Shown one piece after another: positions 18,293 to 26,596 of a stretch of 60,109 nt of DNA; the first letter of the stretch is position 1; every line of letters starts with the position of its first letter. The position numbers and the translations under genes are program-made. Location of the stretch: contig CAVVHE010000007.1 in assembly GCA_963748015.1 (NCBI GenBank), positions 1-60,109 on the forward strand, in the 5' to 3' direction. The DNA is from Terriglobia bacterium (GTDB taxonomy: Bacteria > Acidobacteriota > Polarisedimenticolia > Polarisedimenticolales > JAIQFR01). The notes beneath the pieces were generated by a model. That model was not told the origin of the DNA and searched no databases. It saw only the letters and a program-made list of their open reading frames with translations.

Positions 18293-18321
18293 TTGCATCC
18301 GCGACCGGTTAGACGTAGAAA
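18293..18321 (+). promoter_or_regulatory. Candidate Pc-like cassette promoter (TTGCAT-N17-TAGAAA)
   Basis: Sigma70-like hexamers with a 17-bp spacer about 150 bp upstream of the attI-like site. Confidence 0.35.
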
Positions 18322-18439
18322 GCACAAAGGCGAGCGCGCGGCCGGGGCGGTCGCTCCCCCAGCCACACGAGCGCGGGCAGGTGTGCCATGTGCGTCGGGA
18401 GGAGACCTTCTGCGCCATAACTCCAGAAAGGTGACCGCC

Positions 18440-18479
18440 CTTACGTGATAACGAAGTTCTGTCGATTAACAAGTTAGGC
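18440..18479 (+). other. attI-like integron primary recombination site
   Basis: ...GATAACGAAGTTCTGTCGATTAACAAGTTAGGC; core GTTAGGC at 18473 has no attC hairpin upstream, and GTTAGGCGACCTG is complementary to CAGGTCGCCTAAC ending the first cassette. Confidence 0.7.
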
Positions 18480-18499
18480 GACCTGAAACAAGAAAGACG

Positions 18500-19084
18500 A
18501 TGAAGCTACTCTCGGTCCTTCTGACGGTGGTACTCGTTGCATTCGGTATCATTGCCGCAGCCGATCCCGCGCCCATACTGATCGCCGAGTACCAGCCGAA
18601 TTGGCGTGATGATCACCCGTGGCGGCTTCGCATATTCTCAGACGGTCGAGTTCAACAGGATGTGCAAGCGCGCCGGGACGGTGCTGAGTCGCCAGAGTCG
18701 CCCCCGAGCCGCAGCCCGTCGCTCTCCGCAGGGCAGATGGCTCTCCTGATCGACGTGATCAGGCGCAGTTCTTTCTGCTCCCTCCAGAGCGAGTACCCCG
18801 ATACCTACAAACATGGCGGCACCGAACTGGTCATCACCGATCAGGATACGCTCCGCGTTGAAGTCCGGACGACCGATTGCGCTCGCCGGGTCACGGTTTA
18901 CTCCGGCCTGGTGAGTTGTTTGGGCGACACGGAATGCGAACCCGAAGTACGAGACGCGAGCGGCCGCTTTTTCAAAGTGTGGGCTGAGATCCTCGGGCTT
19001 GTACCATCTCCCAACAGTTGGCAAACGCCCGATTGGTACCAGCGGCCGACCGATGGCCCGACGGTGCCGAAGGCAGGCCCATGA
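18500..19084 (+). CDS. Cassette 1: secreted hypothetical protein
   Basis: Signal peptide; ORF fills the interval between attI and attC1. Confidence 0.75.
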   Translation: MKLLSVLLTVVLVAFGIIAAADPAPILIAEYQPNWRDDHPWRLRIFSDGRVQQDVQARRDGAESPESPPSRSPSLSAGQMALLIDVIRRSSFCSLQSEYPDTYKHGGTELVITDQDTLRVEVRTTDCARRVTVYSGLVSCLGDTECEPEVRDASGRFFKVWAEILGLVPSPNSWQTPDWYQRPTDGPTVPKAGP

Positions 19085-19097
19085 AGCGCGGCAGGTC

Positions 19098-19199
19098 GCC
19101 TAACCACGCGATTCAGCTGTCGGTCTGGGTTGTCACGGTCCGTGCAAACATCGCACGGCCCGCGCCAACCCATCCCGCAGCTGATCGCGGGCGTTAGGC
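19098..19199 (+). other. attC site 1
   Basis: GCCTAAC ... GATTCAGC/GCTGATC L boxes with an extrahelical base ... GTTAGGC. Confidence 0.93.
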
Positions 19200-19221
19200 G
19201 TCAAGAGACACGAGAACAGAA

Positions 19222-19902
19222 ATGGTTCGTCGCGTCGTTCCTACCGGGCTAGTCGCGCTGGTTCTGCTCGCGCTGGTACCTTGTGCGTGTGCGACGCGCA
19301 AGCGCTTTGTCCTTCGCGAAGTTGCCAACGTCAGCATTTTGTACCCCACTGGTGGCCTAGAACCTGAACGACTCACTCGGGCGTCGATTCAACCAATCAT
19401 GAATCGCGCAGGCAGCATCGTTGCTGATCAGGAAGTGTGGTTTGTGGTAGTTCCGGAGAACCACTACCGGACTACCGTCGACTCGGTGGTAATCGTTTTC
19501 GAGCCTGATATCGTTGAAACCAGGTATCGAAAGGGTCGCTACATCTACCTGGAACTTGGTATGGGCGAAGCCGCCAAGACGCCGGTGGTGAATTCGTATC
19601 TACAGCTTTCGACTCCCGACGGGAGCTACGGGTGCAACCCGGATCGGCCGAACTACGCCGCCATCTCGTTCGCTCCTCCTGCAAGCCTATCTCCATCAGA
19701 TATCCCAGGCCTTGTGGATGCCGCCTGGGTTCGGCTGCGATCGGTCAAGCTTCGTCCAAGTGCTCCGATCACCGTTGAAGGAACGGACGATGGTCTTGTG
19801 AGCGTGAACTTCGGCGGGGGCCCGCGGCGGTCGGTGCTGTTCTCCTGTGATGGCGCCGCCTGTGCGCTCACAGGGGACATACGGAGTAATTATGCCTACT
19901 AG
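19222..19902 (+). CDS. Cassette 2: exported hypothetical protein (possible lipoprotein)
   Basis: Signal-like N-terminus ending PCACA; bounded by attC1 and attC2. Confidence 0.7.
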   Translation: MVRRVVPTGLVALVLLALVPCACATRKRFVLREVANVSILYPTGGLEPERLTRASIQPIMNRAGSIVADQEVWFVVVPENHYRTTVDSVVIVFEPDIVETRYRKGRYIYLELGMGEAAKTPVVNSYLQLSTPDGSYGCNPDRPNYAAISFAPPASLSPSDIPGLVDAAWVRLRSVKLRPSAPITVEGTDDGLVSVNFGGGPRRSVLFSCDGAACALTGDIRSNYAY

Positions 19903-19927
19903 GACTAAGGGAAGTCCGAGGCTTGAC

Positions 19928-20026
19928 GCCTAACAACGCGCTGGACCTGCCAGTCCGTCCTGTCACGGTCCGTGCTTTCGCACGGGCCGCGCCAGGCCGG
20001 CCTGCGGGTCAGCGCAATCGTTGGGC
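19928..20026 (+). other. attC site 2
   Basis: GCCTAAC ... GTTGGGC imperfect palindrome. Confidence 0.92.
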
Positions 20027-20049
20027 TGACGAATGAACGAGGTCGAGGG

Positions 20050-20796
20050 ATGATGCCGAGTCCGGGTGACCATTTGCTTGTTGCGCTGATCGCTGTGGCG
20101 TATCCGCTCTACTCCACGCTGGACTGGTATCGACGGCTTCGTCCTCAGTTGGAGGGGGACGGAACCAACTCTCGAGTTCGCCTCTATCGCCGGGGCATGA
20201 TCGAGCTCTGGCTGCTGACCCCGGTGGTTCTCATGTGGTGGCTGTGGTCGGGACGGGCTGTTTCGGCTCTTGGCATGGGGGCCCCGGGGGGGTGGGCCTT
20301 CTGGGTTGGGATGATCGTCGTTGTCGCCGTTGCGGTTGTTCTTGGACGTCAGGTCGCACTGGTGCGCGGTTCGGCTGAAGCACGGGAACAAGTGCGGAAG
20401 CAGTTCCGAGGGGTCGCAGCGTTGATGGTGCCCCGCGACAACCGTGAACGCCGGATGTGGGTGGGTCTGAGCGTCACGGCTGGTAGTTGCGAGGAAGTGC
20501 TCTACCGTGGGTTCCTGATGTGGTATCTGATGACATGGCTTCCGGCGCTGGCGGCCGTGCCGGCTTCAGCGGTTGTCTTCGGAGTAGCGCATGTCTACCT
20601 CGGATGGGGGCTGGGGGTGCTTCGCGCGACAGTAGTGGGTGTGGTCCTCGGCGCGGCGTATCTGCTCACCGGGACTCTCTGGGTGCCGATGGCTCTCCAT
20701 GCGGTGGTGGATGTCACGAGCGGGCTCACAGGTAGTGTCGCCTTTGAGCAAGCCGCGCCGGTTACCATCCAGAGCGCAACTGGAGGAGGGGAGTAG
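20050..20796 (+). CDS. Cassette 3: CPBP/CAAX (Abi) intramembrane metalloprotease
   Basis: EEVLYRG, FGVAHVY and LHAVVD motifs. Confidence 0.9.
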   Translation: MMPSPGDHLLVALIAVAYPLYSTLDWYRRLRPQLEGDGTNSRVRLYRRGMIELWLLTPVVLMWWLWSGRAVSALGMGAPGGWAFWVGMIVVVAVAVVLGRQVALVRGSAEAREQVRKQFRGVAALMVPRDNRERRMWVGLSVTAGSCEEVLYRGFLMWYLMTWLPALAAVPASAVVFGVAHVYLGWGLGVLRATVVGVVLGAAYLLTGTLWVPMALHAVVDVTSGLTGSVAFEQAAPVTIQSATGGGE

Positions 20797-20813
20797 CCCC
20801 ACCTGCCGCGGCA

Positions 20814-20872
20814 GCCCAACAGCAGCATGCAGCGGACGGCGCTGCGCGCCGCCGCTGATGCTGGGCGTAGGT
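20814..20872 (+). other. attC site 3 (R' reads GTAGGT, one T short)
   Basis: GCCCAAC...CATGCAGC/GCTGATG; the next cassette ends GCGCACCTAAC, implying an original GTTAGGTGCGC. Confidence 0.88.
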
Positions 20873-20895
20873 GCGCATAACGGAAGGAGTGTCAA

Positions 20896-21375
20896 ATGAA
20901 GTGGAAGTGCTTGGTCCTTGCCAGTGTGCTGGCCCTTTGTTGCACAGCGTCGTTCGCACAGCAGCTACAGCTTCCCGAAGACCCTGTACTCAAGGAGCAG
21001 ATCCGAAAGCTGGACATGGCCCACGCAGAGGCAATCTTCAAGGGCAATAAGGCCGCATTGCAGGAGTTGCTTCCAGATGACCATACTGTCAACCATCCGA
21101 CGAATCGAATTGTCCAGGAGAAGATCGAGCTTCTGAAACTGATTGACGACGGCGTGATTCGGTATGCGCGGTTCGAACGTCGACCAGAGAGGTTCCTCTT
21201 TTACCGGGATTTGGTCGTGGTGATGGGTGATGAGACTGTTGTCCCCGCGCCTGGTGCGCCCAATGAAGGCAAGGTCCTTCGAAGGCGTTACACGAACGCT
21301 TGGATGCAGCACGATGGAAAGTGGCGTTTGGCATTCAGGCATGCCAACAACGTATGTTCGGCATCCGGAAAGTAG
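20896..21375 (+). CDS. Cassette 4: exported NTF2-like/DUF4440 protein
   Basis: Signal peptide; RRYTNAWMQHDGKWRLAFRH C-terminal strand typical of DUF4440. Confidence 0.8.
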   Translation: MKWKCLVLASVLALCCTASFAQQLQLPEDPVLKEQIRKLDMAHAEAIFKGNKAALQELLPDDHTVNHPTNRIVQEKIELLKLIDDGVIRYARFERRPERFLFYRDLVVVMGDETVVPAPGAPNEGKVLRRRYTNAWMQHDGKWRLAFRHANNVCSASGK

Positions 21376-21384
21376 GCTCCGCGC

Positions 21385-21450
21385 ACCTAACGAGCGATTC
21401 CAGCGGACGGCCTCGCTTCGCTCGGCCGCCGCTGAATCGCGGCGTTAGGC
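21385..21450 (+). other. attC site 4
   Basis: ACCTAAC-gagcg-ATTCCAGC ... GCTGAAT-cgcggc-GTTAGGC. Confidence 0.95.
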
Positions 21451-21753
21451 GACCCCTGCACGTTTCCGGGGAGGCTGAAGAACGAGTGTCACGCGGATCC
21501 CGAGGCGAGCCAGCATGTCGATGAGGGTTTCGATGCTGAAGAGATCGATCCGACCCCGCACAAGGTCGCTGATGCGGGGCTGGGTGACGCCAAGGAGATC
21601 CGCAACTTTCGCTTGGGTCATGCGACGGGAAGCAATGGCTTTCTGGACGCTGATCATGAGATCCGCGCGGACCCGCAGATGTTCAGCCTCGTCCTCAGAG
21701 AACCCAAGGTCCCGGAACACGTTGCCGCTCGACGCGGTCACTCTAGACTTCAT
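21445..21753 (-). CDS. Cassette 5: XRE/HTH antitoxin (HigA-like)
   Basis: SSGNVFRDLGF, MTQAKVADLLGVTQPRISDL HTH; the stop codon lies in R' of attC4. Confidence 0.9.
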   Translation of the reverse strand: MKSRVTASSGNVFRDLGFSEDEAEHLRVRADLMISVQKAIASRRMTQAKVADLLGVTQPRISDLVRGRIDLFSIETLIDMLARLGIRVTLVLQPPRKRAGVA

Positions 21754-21760
21754 AACTCAC

Positions 21761-22102
21761 CTATCCTCTCGCCGCCCTGCGCTCAGCGACCACCATCCCA
21801 AGGCGATGCCTCGCAAGTTCCACGTCAGCCGTGGCCGTCTTGCGCGAGCGCTTTTCGAAGGCGTGAAGCACGTATACGCTCTCGGCGAACTTGGCGACAT
21901 ACAGGACGCGATGTTCGAGCCCGGTGTGAATTCTTATCTCCCGAGCGCCCGGCCCCACGGACGGCATTGGCCTCCAGTCGTTCGGATCGAGCCCGCCCTG
22001 GACACGCCGCAGTTGATAGCCGGCGATGGCGCGGACCGCCTCCGGGAACCTCCTGAGGTCGTCCCTCGAGCTGCCGACCCACTTCAGCGGCTTGTCCACC
22101 AC
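21761..22102 (-). CDS. Cassette 5: RelE/HigB-like (Gp49/DUF891-type) toxin
   Basis: GYQLRRVQGG, GAREIRI, YVLHAFEKRSRKT; toxin-first order upstream of an HTH antitoxin. Confidence 0.88.
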   Translation of the reverse strand: MVDKPLKWVGSSRDDLRRFPEAVRAIAGYQLRRVQGGLDPNDWRPMPSVGPGAREIRIHTGLEHRVLYVAKFAESVYVLHAFEKRSRKTATADVELARHRLGMVVAERRAARG

Positions 22103-22136
22103 AGACTAATATACAAGTCCTTGCATAGTCTGTCAA
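22101..22136 (-). promoter_or_regulatory. Sigma70 promoter TTGACA-N17-TATATT with overlapping ACAGACTA/TAGTCTGT operator
   Basis: -35 at 22136-22131, -10 at 22113-22108; inverted repeat 22101-22108 / 22126-22133. Confidence 0.85.
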
Positions 22137-22189
22137 TCACCCGGTTGTTCGGGTCGCCTAACAACGTATCTGGACTCCCCCCGCAAGTG

Positions 22190-22473
22190 AGATGTGATCG
22201 CGTTTGTGCTTAGCTCCTCCCTGTTTCGGCATCGAATCCCAGGCGATCAGGCTCGACTGCAGTCGTATCTCCGGCCTCTGAGTGGAGCTTCTGGTGCTCC
22301 GGGCCATGGTGGAATCCGCGCGCGGGGAGCCAATCAATGCACACGACCTCGTGGGCCAGCGAAGTTATCGGCTTTCCCCTCGCGTCGGCCCGAACCGATG
22401 CGCCATCCATTCGATTTACCCGGTACAGTCGGGGCATGGTTAGCTTGTTCCCTACGTGGAAGTGTTCTGGGTT
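22190..22473 (-). ncRNA. IS1111 downstream non-coding region, predicted seekRNA/bridge RNA
   Basis: About 290-nt NCR 3' of the transposase, the location established for IS1111-type guide RNAs; boundaries not determined. Confidence 0.6.
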
Positions 22474-23501
22474 TTAGGCAGCTGGGGCCTCGCGATAAAG
22501 AGCATTGTTGCGCCAGACGGCCCAGACGATGCGGGCCATTGTGTTGGCGAGAGCGACAGCGGTCTTGTTGTGGCCACGGCGTTGTTCTCGGTCGAGCGCC
22601 CAGGCACGGAGTCGGTCGTGAGCCTGGGAGTGTTTGGCGTGGCAGAGGACGGATCGGGCGCCGTGAACCAGGAGCATGCGGACGTACCGATCCCCACGCT
22701 TGCTGATCGCACCGAGCCGGCGAATCTGCCCGCTGGAAGACTCTCGTGGAGTCAGGCTGAGGTAGCTGGCGAAGCGGCGCGCCGACGGGAACCGGTGGAT
22801 GTCTCCAACGACCGCGACGAGAGCGGTGGCGGTGAGGAGGCCGACGCCGGGGATGGAACGGAGCTGGGGAACCACGGGAGTTTCCCGAGCCAGAGCTGCG
22901 AGTTGATCTTCGACGGATGCGATGCGGGCTTCGAGTTGACGGATTTCTTGGCACACTTCAGCGAGCGAGGGTCGTACGGTATCCGGAAGGCCGGATTCCG
23001 CGTCTTCGAGCGCGGCGAGGACGGTGGGAACGACCCGAAGGGCACCAAGGGGAATCACGAGACCAAACTCCCGGAGGATCCCCCGTGCCGTGTTGATCCT
23101 GGAAGTACGACAGGCCAGCCAGCGCGAGCGCAAGCGATGGAGGGCCGCGAGGGCTTGCTGGGAGACGGACTTGACGGGAACGGGATGAATGTTTCGGTTG
23201 CGGAAGGCCTCGAGGATACCCTTCGCGTCGGTCTGGTCCGTCTTGTTGCGGACGACGTAGGGCCGGACGGCGTGCGGGGGAAAAGCACGACCCGGTGTCC
23301 CTGATCCTGGAGCACCCGTCCCCAATAGTGCGCCGAGCCGCAGGCTTCCATGACGACGGTGACGTCCTTTCGGGCGGCGAAGAAGGTGCTGAACCGGGCA
23401 CGGGGAAGCCGGTGGGTCTCGGCGACATGGCCGGGGCGGCGGGAAATGGCGATCTCGAATACCGACTTCGCGACATCAACGGAAATGGTCGTATGCTTCA
23501 T
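22474..23501 (-). CDS. IS110/IS1111 transposase (recombinase), frameshifted near 23280
   Basis: VDVAKSVF, VMEAC and KTDQTDA (DEDD); IPGVG; PRESSSG; ISKRGD; the shift falls at a G5A4 homopolymer. Confidence 0.92.
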
Positions 23502-23663
23502 GGCGGACTCCTCCTCCCCTCGTGGGAGCTTTAGCGTGGCCAACGACTTTGGCACCATGATGCCGCTCAAGTCGTGGGAGGAGTCCATTGCATCAATACA
23601 GCCGAAGGCCGCTGCGCGGCCGCGGCTGATGCCGGGTCGTTAGCCGGACGCCGGACGCGTGGA

Positions 23664-24092
23664 ATGGACCAGGTACGCAGACCACGGTTTCTGCAAGGCG
23701 GCGGAGCATTGCCGGTTGGCAACGTGGCCGATAGCGTTGCGTGGTATTCCAAACAGCTGGGGTTTGACCTCGGTCGAACCCATGAGTCAGGTGAGCGACT
23801 TATCTACGCGCACCTCCGGCGGGATGACACCATGCTGCTTCTCCTCGATCAGAGGGGCTACGAAGAGGTTGGTTATCTTCCCCCGCAGTTGCGGTTGGGC
23901 GAAAAAGACGTCCGCATAAAAGTAGATGACCTCGAATCGCTTAGGGGCGAACTGTCAGCCAAGTTCAAGGAGCGTCTTGTCGAGATCGAAGCTCGTGGGG
24001 TTACCCTGGAAATAAGAGTGAAAGACCCGGACGGCTACGTTGTCGCGTTTTGGCAGTGGGCAGGTGCGGATGAGTCATCGGCGGCCGGCTAA
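23664..24092 (+). CDS. Cassette 6: VOC/glyoxalase family protein
   Basis: SVAWYSKQLGF ... VKDPDGYVVAF; the stop is in the R'' of attC6. Confidence 0.85.
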   Translation: MDQVRRPRFLQGGGALPVGNVADSVAWYSKQLGFDLGRTHESGERLIYAHLRRDDTMLLLLDQRGYEEVGYLPPQLRLGEKDVRIKVDDLESLRGELSAKFKERLVEIEARGVTLEIRVKDPDGYVVAFWQWAGADESSAAG

Positions 24093-24185
24093 CATGGCCA
24101 TAAGGCTGACGGTCCACACCGTCACGGTCCGTGCTTGCGCACGGCCCGCGCCGGCGCGGCCCGCAGCTCATGGCCGACGTTCGAC
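24087..24185 (+). other. attC site 6 (non-canonical R' GTTCGAC)
   Basis: GGCTAAC ... GTTCGAC; shares a central GTCACGGTCCGTGC motif with attC1, attC2 and the site at 25065. Confidence 0.9.
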
Positions 24186-24197
24186 GGACACGACGCA

Positions 24198-24722
24198 ATG
24201 AACGAAGAAGTTCTCGGGGGCGACGTCGTTGAACTCAAGGCGCTTGATGTGAAGGCGGACTTGCCATTGCTCGAGCGTTGGCTGCGGAGTCCGCATGTAG
24301 TCCGATGGTGGGGGAGTCAAGACCTGCACGCGACCACGCTGGCTCAGCGGTCGAGGGACACAGATGCCGTGATCACCTTTGACCGCAAACCGGTTGGCTA
24401 CCTGTGCTGGCAGGCGCCGTCACCATCAGAACTCGCTGCTGCAGGACTCATGGACGTCCCCGACGATCTGGTGGACATCGACATTCTGATCGGTGAGCCA
24501 GAGTTCCTGGGTCGTGGCGTAGGTCCGAGAGCGCTGGTCTTGGTTCTTGCGAAACTGCGTGGCGAGGGGGTGGGGTTCGCCGGCCTCGGGACATCGACGT
24601 CGAATCGGGCGGCAATCAGAGCATTCGAGAAGGCGGGATTTCGGACGTTCCGGGACTTCGAGGATCCGGAGTTTGGAACGTGCAGATACCTGGTGGCGCA
24701 AGTGAGTGGCGCCGTCGAATAA
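24198..24722 (+). CDS. Cassette 7: GNAT acetyltransferase, AAC(6')-Ib-like
   Basis: DLPLLERWLRSPHVVRWWG, IDILIGEPEFLGRGVG, NRAAIRAFEKAGF. Confidence 0.82.
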   Translation: MNEEVLGGDVVELKALDVKADLPLLERWLRSPHVVRWWGSQDLHATTLAQRSRDTDAVITFDRKPVGYLCWQAPSPSELAAAGLMDVPDDLVDIDILIGEPEFLGRGVGPRALVLVLAKLRGEGVGFAGLGTSTSNRAAIRAFEKAGFRTFRDFEDPEFGTCRYLVAQVSGAVE

Positions 24723-24732
24723 CAAGTTAGAG
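24714..24732 (+). other. attI-like simple site replacing the attC of cassette 7
   Basis: GTCGAATAACAAGTTAG versus GTCGATTAACAAGTTAG at 18461-18477 (16/17 identical). Confidence 0.75.
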
Positions 24733-25064
24733 GGGCTCGAACGCAGGGAAGTAACGCCTCCGATCCGAGGAGACCACGGAATCTCGGAGCAGGCCGGGAG
24801 ATGGAAGGTAATCGCCGTGTTGTCCGCCGGGGAGTGACTGGGTTGAAACGGCGGCAGGCGGCCAAGGTGGAACCAAAGATTCAGACTGTGGTATGAACGG
24901 TACCCAGAGGCAGTTGCGGGCAGGGTGATGAGAAACCTCGAACCATGCGAACCGCGTCGCCAACCGTCGGTGCCTGCGGGTACCGTTCGACAAAGAACGA
25001 ACTTGGTCTTCGATCGGGGGCTGCCGAGAAGCCGGACCTCCGCTGTGGACAGTCCCGGCTCGCC

Positions 25065-25163
25065 CTCTAACAAGGCCGTCGACCTGACGGTCCGCACTGT
25101 CACGGTCCGTGCTGGCGCACGGCCCGTGCCAGCGCGGCCCGCAGGTCACGGCCGCCGTTAGCC
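25065..25163 (+). other. attC site closing an apparently ORF-less cassette 8
   Basis: CTCTAAC (complement of GTTAGAG at 24726) ... GTTAGCC. Confidence 0.92.
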
Positions 25164-25184
25164 AGCCTGGAGAGCCTTCGATTC

Positions 25185-25967
25185 ATGCCGGTCCACCCGT
25201 CACGACGTCACATGCAGGTGACCTGCCTGTTGCTTCTGCCGCTCGCCTTGACCGCGTGCAACCCGGGTCCGTCTCCGCGTCTGCTCACCGGCGCCGCGGT
25301 GACTCCCGGCGTTTGGGGCGTCCTCGTCGTCCCCGCCGCGCCCGGCCCGCACTCCGGTGTAATCTTAGTTCCGGGCTCTGGCGGCTGGCGCTCAGGCTAC
25401 ACTCGATTCGCAAAGGCCTTTGCCGACTCCGGCTTTGTCGCGTTGGCCATTGACTATTACGCGGTCACGGGACGAGGCGACACGCGGGAGGAGGAGATGC
25501 GCAACTGGCCTTCGTGGCAAGCCACGATTCGCAACGCCGCCACCTACCTGGAAGCAACTCCAGCGGTCTCGGGGCGACCCATCGCGCTGGTCGGATACTC
25601 CCGAGGCGCTATGCTGGCCATTTCCGTGGGAGCGTCAGATGCGCCGATCTCGGCGATTGTGGACTTCTACGGTGCGGGGAGTGACGAGGATCCGCCTGAT
25701 AGCCTGATGGCGCATTTCCCCCCGCTTCTCATCCTCCACGGCGAGGCCGACAGCGACATCCCCGTAGCCCTGGCCCATCGCCTGTATGATCGGATTCATG
25801 CTCATGGCGGGGACGTGGAAATGCAGCTGTACCCCAACGCGGAGCACGGATTCAATGCACCATGGGCCGCGGGTTACTCACAGGCCGAAGCCACTGATTC
25901 CTGGAGCCGGACAATCGACTTCCTGAAGCGCAAGCTGAAAGCCGGAGCGCCGCGTTCGGCTGGCTAA
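25185..25967 (+). CDS. Cassette 9: dienelactone hydrolase family alpha/beta hydrolase (lipoprotein)
   Basis: LTAC lipobox, GYSRG nucleophile elbow, LHGEAD, HGF. Confidence 0.87.
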   Translation: MPVHPSRRHMQVTCLLLLPLALTACNPGPSPRLLTGAAVTPGVWGVLVVPAAPGPHSGVILVPGSGGWRSGYTRFAKAFADSGFVALAIDYYAVTGRGDTREEEMRNWPSWQATIRNAATYLEATPAVSGRPIALVGYSRGAMLAISVGASDAPISAIVDFYGAGSDEDPPDSLMAHFPPLLILHGEADSDIPVALAHRLYDRIHAHGGDVEMQLYPNAEHGFNAPWAAGYSQAEATDSWSRTIDFLKRKLKAGAPRSAG

Positions 25968-26016
25968 CAATGCAGCGGACGGCGCTGCGCGCCGCCGCTG
26001 ATGCTGGGCGTTAGAC
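25962..26016 (+). other. attC site (short, near-identical to attC3)
   Basis: GGCTAAC-aa-TGCAGCGGACGGCGCTGCGCGCCGCCGCTGATGCTGGGC-GTTAGAC. Confidence 0.88.
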
Positions 26017-26047
26017 GGCCACCCCAACGACGTAAAGGAGGCAGCTC

Positions 26048-26458
26048 TTGAACTGGCGCCGCTACTTTCTAGCACTTGCTGTCGCTTGCCTACTGACGCT
26101 CGTGGCCGACCTGGTGCTCAACGCGGTCATTTCTCGGGAGGTCTACACGAGGTCGGCGTCCTTTCTCCTTCCGGCGCACGAGCTAAACGTCCGCGTCTGG
26201 CTCGGCTGGGGAGCGATCATGAGTATCGTCGCCGCATTCGGGTTTCTTCTCGTCCGCGGCGGTTGGGCGGGGTTCCGTTGTGGTTTGCAGTCTGGTCTTG
26301 TTTTAGCCGTTGCGGGTGTCGCGGGCGTGGCGGGCATTGCCTCGATCGTTGCCTGGCCGGGTGAGCTGCTGGCGGCCATCGCTGCGCAGCAGTTCACGAA
26401 CGGTCTCATCCTGGGTGTTGTGTTCGGAGTCGTCTACCGGCCACCCCATGGACAATGA
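26048..26458 (+). CDS. Cassette 10: small four-TM membrane protein
   Basis: Hydrophobic helices; AAGGAGG RBS before TTG; bounded by attC sites. Confidence 0.75.
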   Translation: MNWRRYFLALAVACLLTLVADLVLNAVISREVYTRSASFLLPAHELNVRVWLGWGAIMSIVAAFGFLLVRGGWAGFRCGLQSGLVLAVAGVAGVAGIASIVAWPGELLAAIAAQQFTNGLILGVVFGVVYRPPHGQ

Positions 26459-26475
26459 ATCGGCTGTGCTACGCC

Positions 26476-26575
26476 GTCTAACAACGCGCCACAGCGACCG
26501 GCGGGCGCGCGCATCTTCACGGGTGAATCCACAGCCAGGTGGCGCGCCCGTCGCCACTGAGCGTGGGCGTTCTCC
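26476..26575 (+). other. Last recognisable attC (non-canonical R' GTTCTCC)
   Basis: GTCTAAC (complement of GTTAGAC at 26010) ... CTGAGCGTGGGC-GTTCTCC. Confidence 0.78.
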
Positions 26576-26596
26576 GTCTTAAGAGAGGAGAGGATT

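Larger units (their letters stand above)
22167..23595 (-). mobile_element. IS110-family, IS1111-subgroup insertion sequence targeting attC
   Basis: Sub-terminal inverted repeats (TGGACTCCCCC / GGGAGGAGTCCA); no target duplication evident; DEDD transposase; ends approximate. Confidence 0.9.
22156..23645 (+). other. attC site 5, interrupted by IS1111-type element
   Basis: R'' GCCTAAC at 22156; remainder (ATACAGCCG...CGGCTGATG...GTTAGCC) at about 23596-23645. Confidence 0.88.

Noticed and set aside
18080..18440. intI remnant upstream of attI
   Set aside because: The listed translations show no tyrosine-recombinase motifs and the interval is too short.
19098..26575. Regularly spaced repeats as a CRISPR array
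   Set aside because: The repeats are variable imperfect palindromes separated by gene-sized spacers, and there are no cas genes; they are attC sites.
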